Shown piece after piece: positions 57,163-64,000 of a DNA stretch of 64,000 nt. Below the pieces are notes generated by a model. The model did not search any database and was not told the origin of the DNA. It saw only the letters and a program-made list of their open reading frames with translations. Source of the stretch: a virus (lineage: Duplodnaviria > Heunggongvirae > Uroviricota > Caudoviricetes); IMG/VR virus record IMGVR_UViG_3300023174_000034; one strand, written 5' to 3'. Every line of letters starts with the position of its first letter. The stretch's first letter is position 1. A program made the position numbers and the translations under genes.

Positions 57163-60100
57163 ATGGCACAGATAACGTGGGTAACGCCTGAGGGTAATCT
57201 AGGCACCTATTCTGAAAATACACAAGTGGTGTTGTCGCTGGAAGTAGATAATCCAGTTACAACACCTGCGATCTTTACGCTACTGAGCGGTAGTTTACCA
57301 ACCAGCTTAACTTTGGCCGCCAACGGCACACTGGCAGGTACACCTCAAATTGACACTGTGGGTAGCAATGTTGCACGAGAATTTCGCTTTGCAGTTCGTG
57401 TCAGAAATACCGCCAACCAAATTGCAGACCGTACATTTAGCTTGTTCATCAACAGCATTATTCCTCCCACTATCCTGACCACAGGCATTCGTGGTGAAGG
57501 GGTAAGTTCTGGCTTTGGTAATATTTTATTAGACTTTACCAACCGTGGACTAGGATATTACAGTGCCAACGTTGTTGCGGCCATTGATGCTCCTGTTACC
57601 GCAGGTGGTGAGCTTGCATTGCCGGGCAAAGTATATTTGTTTGGCAATGGTGCAATCAAAAGCATTGGACTAACTCGTCCAGGCACAGGCTACACTCTTG
57701 CTCCTAATATTACAATCACTGGCGCCAATAGCACGCCAGCCGTTGCCAGCATCACGTCATTGACCAGCGACGGGCTGGAAGACCTAGGTCGTTACTTCGA
57801 CGGTGACTATGTTGAAATACAAATCTTAAAACAAGAGACAAGTCCAACTGGTGTATTAGAGTGGGCAATCATGCAAGGTCAATTGCCGCCTGGATTGGCT
57901 ATCAGTCAGGCTGGATTGATAACAGGATTTGCCGCGGCACCGCCTGCCGCTGGCGATCTAGGAACAGCGGCGTATGATGTTGGACGATATGATCAATTTG
58001 TATACGATTTTGAAGGAGCCAGTGATAGTCGAACTTATCAATTTACCATTAGGATATTTGATGGCATCAACTATGCTTACCAACGTTACCGCATTGGTAT
58101 CTATGCAAAAACTTTCTTCTTGATTGATAACATTTTGATCACTGCTGATTCAGCATTGTACACCGCGGACCGCGATGGCTATCAGTATCCCAGCATCACA
58201 ACTGTGGCAACCGATTTGCCGCCGGTTCGCCAATTGCAAAGCTATGCTTACCAATTCAAGGCATTTTATGCCAATCCAAATTACAAAGTCAAATGGAGTG
58301 TTAACGCCGGTGGCCCAGCAAGATTTGATCAAGGGGTTGCGCCGGTTCCAGACGACAACAACAATGTGTACACTATTGTACCATATGACGGCAAGAGTTT
58401 TGACCAAAGTGATTTAAGTTTGCCGAGTGGTATATTCATTGATCTGAATACTGGATGGTTGATTGGTACCCTAGGCACAACCACTTCATATGAATCAACA
58501 TACGAATTCACTGTCACAGCATATGTTGAAGTTCCTATCAGCACCACTGCATTCAGTCGACGTGCAAGCCAACCTGTTACATTCAGACTAAAAGTCTTGA
58601 GCGAAATAGAAGACATTATCACATGGGCAACAGGCAGTGATTTAGGCAGTATTGACAACGGAACTGTTAGTACTCTTAGAATTGAAGCTAGTTCACGTTC
58701 AGGCGCGGCACTTACCTATCGTGTCAAGAGTGGACAGTACGTGCGTATTCCGCAGGGTCTGAGTATTTTAAGCAACGGATTGATCTCCGGACGAACCAGC
58801 TTTGACGACTTGACATTGGATCGCAATAATTCAACAGTCACATATAATCCTGTGACCAAGACATACGACACCTATTATAAATTTACTATCATTGCTGAAA
58901 ATGCTGATGCAACCATATATGACGAAAAAGAGTTTACGCTGACCATTAGTAATATCAACGAGAAGCCATATGAGAACTTGTATCTCAAAGCTCTGCTACC
59001 TGCATCATTGCGCCAGGTGTTCCGTTCTATTGTGTCGGATCCAAACCTAGCAACCAGTGATGTTATCTATCGACAAAACGATCCTTACTTTGGTGTACAC
59101 CTGGACTTGACCATGTTAGTACAGCCTGGCATCAAGGCAGAGGCTGCGGCATTATATATTGATGCAATGAGTGCTCATCACTATGATAAAAAGATTGACT
59201 TTGGCACTATTCGCAAAGCAGTTGCACGTAATCGTGACGGCAGTGTCAAATATGAAGTACTGTATGTTGATGTATTAGATTACAACTCTTCCACCGAAAC
59301 TGGCGTAGAAATTATTTCAAACAACACTTTTGCACAAGTCAATTACGGACTAGTATCACAACCGGGTCTTGATCGCGATGACTTTCACGGTATCAATGAT
59401 CGTATATCTAGAAGCGACGACTTTGGATCAATCACTGGTAACGATGTGACATTTGAAGAAACTGTATTTTCAAATAGTTTTGCCAACATGGCAAATGACA
59501 TTTCTCAAGGTGTTGGGTACGAATTCCAAGGTGCATTACCGGACTGGATGTTAAGCGTACAACCCGACACTGGACAGCCGCTAGGTCTAGTGCGTGGACT
59601 GGTACTGGCCTATGCCAACCCAGGACAAGGCGATAAACTACTATATCGTTATCGTGCAAGTTTGTTACAATCAGGATATGCTGTGACAGATATTATGAAT
59701 ACGTTTAAGTTTGTTGCAGATCGTTATCAGTGGGATCGTACATTGAGTATTAACTTTAATCCTGATACTGGTGCATTTGAAACAAGCCGTGCCACAACGT
59801 TTGACTTGATACCAAGCACAGGAACCGTGGACAAGGGCGCATGGATTGCTCAGGCCAGCGGAACCAGTAACAACTTGCAATCTGTTGTGTATAAACCTGG
59901 CTATGGATATACCGCAGTGGGTGCAGGTAGTAGCATTTTATCTAGTACAGACGGAACCAATTGGACCGCTGAAGGACAGGCAATTGATTTTGGATACAGT
60001 TTTGGATTGTTAACCGATGTTGCAAACGGTGATGATAGATTGCCGTATGCTTATACCAGTAAGATTTCTATAGGCGACGAGGTGTTGCCAACAGCACAGT

Positions 60101-62724
60101 TTGTAACCAGTGCCAGAAGCTATGTCACTGCACTTGAATATACCTTGAGATTATCGGCCAATGTGGCAAATGCTATTCCATCTGGAACAACGCTACAGTT
60201 TATCTCGTGGACCAACGGGGACTTCATTTATGCAAATGTAACTACTGCGATTCCTGCAGGCAATCAAGAAATATATCTTGACACCATTGAATCAATTGAT
60301 CCTGGTTACGGAGTGGTTGTTAAAGGAATTGACATAGGAAATGCCAACGCCACTGTGGTAACTGCCAACGTCGGTAGTCAACTTACACTCAACAACCCGA
60401 CCACAAACTTGATACCAATTGGCACAAAAGTCACATTTGATGACTTGCGTGGAAACGTATACGTATTGACAACCAATGCGGCATCAGCGGCAGGATCAAC
60501 CACATTGAGTTTTGCTACAATTGGCAATGTAAGAGCCAATTATTATCCACGATTAACAGCAATTAACTCTGGCACAACTGTACGTGCTCGATTCACTTAT
60601 GCGGATATCAGTGAGCCAGTTACCCAATCAATTAACGCTGGCACAGAATTAGATTTTACTCATCGAATCACATCCAATGCACTTGCAGGATCTTATACCC
60701 TGAACATCAGCAATACCAGCCAGCTCACAGTCGGATCAGAAGTGTATTCTGTTGTCGCCACTGGTGACAGCAGTGATGTGACTTGGAATTTTATTTCCAA
60801 TGTTACTTTCGGCAATGCCACTGTACTGGACAGATTTGCACTCGGTAATGTCTATGCCGCTGTTACAAATTCAAACGTATTTGCTTACCAGACTGGCATG
60901 ACTATTCTTGCTCCTACCAATGTGGTTCCAGAAACTTTTGCAGTAGGACAAGCTATTGCAGGAACAAACATTCCAGCTGGTGCTGTGGTAGCCAATATTT
61001 CATCCAATGTAACTCTTGGAGTGGCAAATATCTATGTTACCTTTGCATCTGCTAATATTTCCGCAACTGCTAACAGCAACATTACATTTACTCGAACCAG
61101 CACTGAGTTGTATGTCAGCACAGCATTGAGCAGTATCAACGGCGAAATATTCCGTGGTATGAAAGTCATTGGACCAAACTTACCACTGAGTTCAACTGTT
61201 AGTGAATTTGTTGATAACGGAGTTACTGCTAATATTTCTATCAGGTTTGCAGATCCTACCACAATCGCTGGGGTGAGCAACATAGCACTAGCATTCTATA
61301 GTCCAACATTGGTCACCGGTGGCACTACTATTATCGGAAAGACTGATACCAGTGTTGTCCTCAGCAATCCACTGTTGGCCAATATCAACCTTGGAGAAGA
61401 TCGACTGATTGGTTACAGCTTGACAAACGTTGTGCTTAATCATATCGTTTATGCAGGCAATCAATGGGTTGCTGTTGGCGACAGAGGGTTGATCATTACC
61501 AAGACTACTGGCGTCAATGTTTGGACACAACGATTTGGTCTATTGTACGGTGACTTGAAGGCAGTGGGTGGCCGTAGCTATGCGTCTGGCACCGCAACAA
61601 ATTACACCTTTATTGCAGTTGGCAATGAGGGTACTATCATACGCAGTACAGATGCCGACACATGGTCGTTACCAATTGTATCTTTGGCCAACCGCACCTT
61701 GCGAGGTGTCGCCTATGCTGATGGTGCATGGATTGCTGTGGGTGATGAAGGTCAAATTATCACCAGCACCGATGATGGTCTGACATGGACTCTCGACAAT
61801 ACTACCACAACATTAAATCTCGGTGATGTTGGATATTTTGACGGCCAGTGGATTATTGTTGGTGACAAAGGTAATGTTTGGCTTAAAGACACCGTGGCAG
61901 ATGCATGGAAACGCTATAGCACAAGTATAACTGACAACTTGAAATCTGTTGCATACGTGAATAATTCGTATATTGCAGTTGGCGCACGAGGAGCTATTGC
62001 TTCTAGCTTGACTGGAACCAAATGGTCGATTGCTGATAGATTTACCGCATCAAAGATAAACGGTGTGTCACGAAACGCAAACATTCCTATAGTAGTTGGA
62101 GACACTGGAGTTATCCTAAGCGAAAGTCCTGGCTTTACTGTTGACTGGGCAGTGCGAGATATTGCATTTGATAGATTCAATTATGTGACACAAACCGAGT
62201 TGAATCTCCTGGGCTACAACGTACTGGACGGCGATACTGTTATCTTTGCAGACCAAGAAGGATTTGGCGGAGTCAATGATGGCTGGAACTTGTACAGCGA
62301 AACATTCGGCGACGAACCAGAGTCTGGACTAGGATACGATACAGCCGGCTACGATCAATTGACTGTGGTTCCGGGATATCTTGAATCATTGAATGATCCA
62401 ACAATTAGTAATCAACGTGCTGGTATTTGGAAAGTAAATGTTTCATCTGCTGGTATCGTTAACATGGAGTTTGTACGACAGATTCTGACAGGACAGGTAG
62501 TCACTGTTAAAAATGAGTCAAGCAAACTGTTCTACGACCCACTGGTCAAAACAGGAAAAACTGTTCCTGAATACAGTTTGTTGAGCTCACAAGCAACAAG
62601 CACCACAGATAACACTAGCTTCGACGGTACAGGCACCCGTTTTGCAAGCAATAGAGACAACTATAACCAGCCTGGAACGTTAGATAAATATCTAAAGTTC
62701 CCCAAAACCGGAGTATTTAGATAA
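57163..62724 (+). CDS. Very large structural protein (1853 aa) with a C-terminal BNR/Asp-box beta-propeller region.
   Basis: Repeated xAVGxxGxIxxSTDxGxTW units (STDADTWS, STDDGLTWT, STDGTNWTA, SLTGTKWSI) at about 59900-62100. Confidence 0.55.
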   Translation: MAQITWVTPEGNLGTYSENTQVVLSLEVDNPVTTPAIFTLLSGSLPTSLTLAANGTLAGTPQIDTVGSNVAREFRFAVRVRNTANQIADRTFSLFINSIIPPTILTTGIRGEGVSSGFGNILLDFTNRGLGYYSANVVAAIDAPVTAGGELALPGKVYLFGNGAIKSIGLTRPGTGYTLAPNITITGANSTPAVASITSLTSDGLEDLGRYFDGDYVEIQILKQETSPTGVLEWAIMQGQLPPGLAISQAGLITGFAAAPPAAGDLGTAAYDVGRYDQFVYDFEGASDSRTYQFTIRIFDGINYAYQRYRIGIYAKTFFLIDNILITADSALYTADRDGYQYPSITTVATDLPPVRQLQSYAYQFKAFYANPNYKVKWSVNAGGPARFDQGVAPVPDDNNNVYTIVPYDGKSFDQSDLSLPSGIFIDLNTGWLIGTLGTTTSYESTYEFTVTAYVEVPISTTAFSRRASQPVTFRLKVLSEIEDIITWATGSDLGSIDNGTVSTLRIEASSRSGAALTYRVKSGQYVRIPQGLSILSNGLISGRTSFDDLTLDRNNSTVTYNPVTKTYDTYYKFTIIAENADATIYDEKEFTLTISNINEKPYENLYLKALLPASLRQVFRSIVSDPNLATSDVIYRQNDPYFGVHLDLTMLVQPGIKAEAAALYIDAMSAHHYDKKIDFGTIRKAVARNRDGSVKYEVLYVDVLDYNSSTETGVEIISNNTFAQVNYGLVSQPGLDRDDFHGINDRISRSDDFGSITGNDVTFEETVFSNSFANMANDISQGVGYEFQGALPDWMLSVQPDTGQPLGLVRGLVLAYANPGQGDKLLYRYRASLLQSGYAVTDIMNTFKFVADRYQWDRTLSINFNPDTGAFETSRATTFDLIPSTGTVDKGAWIAQASGTSNNLQSVVYKPGYGYTAVGAGSSILSSTDGTNWTAEGQAIDFGYSFGLLTDVANGDDRLPYAYTSKISIGDEVLPTAQFVTSARSYVTALEYTLRLSANVANAIPSGTTLQFISWTNGDFIYANVTTAIPAGNQEIYLDTIESIDPGYGVVVKGIDIGNANATVVTANVGSQLTLNNPTTNLIPIGTKVTFDDLRGNVYVLTTNAASAAGSTTLSFATIGNVRANYYPRLTAINSGTTVRARFTYADISEPVTQSINAGTELDFTHRITSNALAGSYTLNISNTSQLTVGSEVYSVVATGDSSDVTWNFISNVTFGNATVLDRFALGNVYAAVTNSNVFAYQTGMTILAPTNVVPETFAVGQAIAGTNIPAGAVVANISSNVTLGVANIYVTFASANISATANSNITFTRTSTELYVSTALSSINGEIFRGMKVIGPNLPLSSTVSEFVDNGVTANISIRFADPTTIAGVSNIALAFYSPTLVTGGTTIIGKTDTSVVLSNPLLANINLGEDRLIGYSLTNVVLNHIVYAGNQWVAVGDRGLIITKTTGVNVWTQRFGLLYGDLKAVGGRSYASGTATNYTFIAVGNEGTIIRSTDADTWSLPIVSLANRTLRGVAYADGAWIAVGDEGQIITSTDDGLTWTLDNTTTTLNLGDVGYFDGQWIIVGDKGNVWLKDTVADAWKRYSTSITDNLKSVAYVNNSYIAVGARGAIASSLTGTKWSIADRFTASKINGVSRNANIPIVVGDTGVILSESPGFTVDWAVRDIAFDRFNYVTQTELNLLGYNVLDGDTVIFADQEGFGGVNDGWNLYSETFGDEPESGLGYDTAGYDQLTVVPGYLESLNDPTISNQRAGIWKVNVSSAGIVNMEFVRQILTGQVVTVKNESSKLFYDPLVKTGKTVPEYSLLSSQATSTTDNTSFDGTGTRFASNRDNYNQPGTLDKYLKFPKTGVFR

Positions 62725-62725
62725 T

Positions 62726-64000
62726 GGCCAGCTTAGTAAACCCGTTCAACATCAATGGTAATTACCCTATCGCAGGGCAAGACAATGACAGTCAAGGCTT
62801 TCGCGATAATTTTACCAACATCAAAAATAACTTCATCTTCATTAAACAAGAAGTTGAAGACATGCAATCCAAAGTAATTTTGAAGAGTGCGCTGTCAGGC
62901 AGCTCATTAGACAACAACTTCCTGGGATCACAAGTTAAAAACATTCAAACTAAAAACTTGACTGAAACTGTGTACGACTGGGGTGAAGTTGGTGCCGCTA
63001 CTGCAACTGAAATTCAGCTTGATCTGGCTCTTGGCAATATTCATAAATTGAATGCTACTGGCTCAATCAAAATCAATTCTGTTATTAAAAATTGGCCGTC
63101 TGCACTACAATATTCTCGTTTGGTGTTGTATATCAACATTGGTACTGTTACAAGTACATTAGAACTTCCTTCTACTTTAACTACAGACCTAGCAAGTATT
63201 CCTGGCCTACGTGAAATTGCTAGCTCTAAACTAATTACATTCACTGACGCTGGCAATTACATTTTTGAATTCTCTAGCGTTGACTCTGGTACAACTATTT
63301 TTGTGCGTGAACTAACTCGCGGCAATCCTGTGTTCCGTGATCCAAACTTCTACATGGCCGGTATTGGTACATATGAAGTACCGACCTTACGACTAGGTTG
63401 GGGCAATTTGTTTGCTGTGTCATCTAAAATTGATAGCAACACAAAAGCAGGCACTGACACATTCTCTGTTCGCGGTGGCGTTACATCTTATCAAAACTTT
63501 GCCGATGGCGGCAACAGCCCAGCACTGATGAAGACTGCTGGATTCTCTGTTGCTAAAAGCCGTACCGCAGATCCTGGCGCCGCTGGTGCCGCAACAATAA
63601 CCGATACAGTGGTCAACGCAAATGATTACCTTGGTTACTTCAACGGTCTAGGCTACACAAAGAACAAGGACGACAGCAACAACAGTTTCCAACAACTGGC
63701 TGTGATTGGTATGTATGCAACTGGTTCAAATACCAGTTACGGCCTTGGTGGTAATATCATCTTCGCTACCAAGCGAGATGGCGGTGTATTGACCTCAGCC
63801 ATGACCATTGACAACAATCAAGACATTGTCATGGCTGGTAATTTAACAGTTAATGGTGTGCAAACTATTATCAATTCAACTGTGATGACAGTCGACGACA
63901 AGAACATCATTATTGCCCAAGGTATTGGTAGTGCTACTCTTGCCAATTCATCTGGTATCTCTGTTGATACAGCATTTGCCAATATTGAATACGTCAACAG
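62726..64000 (+). CDS. Tail-fibre-like protein, 5' partial (continues beyond the window).
   Basis: N-terminus QGFRDNFTNIKNNFIFIKQE resembles the fibre N-terminal motif. Confidence 0.5.

Overview
Dense, mostly plus-strand phage genome segment from a T4-like, rII-encoding lineage. Recognisable genes include rIIA/rIIB, an ATP-dependent DNA ligase, a MazG-like protein, a metallophosphoesterase and a SWIM zinc-finger protein. A run of giant tail-fibre and structural genes (45.8-64 kb) shares the phage-fibre N-terminal motif. Stop/start overlaps (ATGA, TAATG) suggesting translational coupling are common. The 5' half looks like an early/accessory region. It carries at least 8 copies of a near-identical sigma70-type promoter (AAAACGGTTGACC-N17-TATACT, then AAGGAG and ATG). 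Three of these sit in an about 90-bp terminator+promoter cassette. The most unusual features are: (1) a circularly permuted, two-piece tmRNA gene with its own promoter and terminator, including a G3:U70 acceptor stem and a long tag reading frame; (2) a 24-aa ORF closely resembling the PQQ precursor peptide PqqA; (3) a putative sulfation module (sulfotransferase plus an APS-kinase/HxGH-nucleotidyltransferase fusion) beside an adenylate-forming ligase; (4) a translationally coupled tandem array of about 10 small paralogous genes sharing a C-terminal F-x-LKW motif, plus a second 4-member family starting MNERI; (5) redox and Fe-S cargo (rubrerythrin + rubredoxin, and IF-1/SOD-like/ferredoxin/IscA); (6) an exact 17-nt repeat encoding QGVAE, four copies across two adjacent genes; (7) cell-envelope genes (LpxH-like, GT4, OMP, DXD glycosyltransferase, SGNH hydrolases). 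Protein calls rest on motif recognition by eye, not on database searches.
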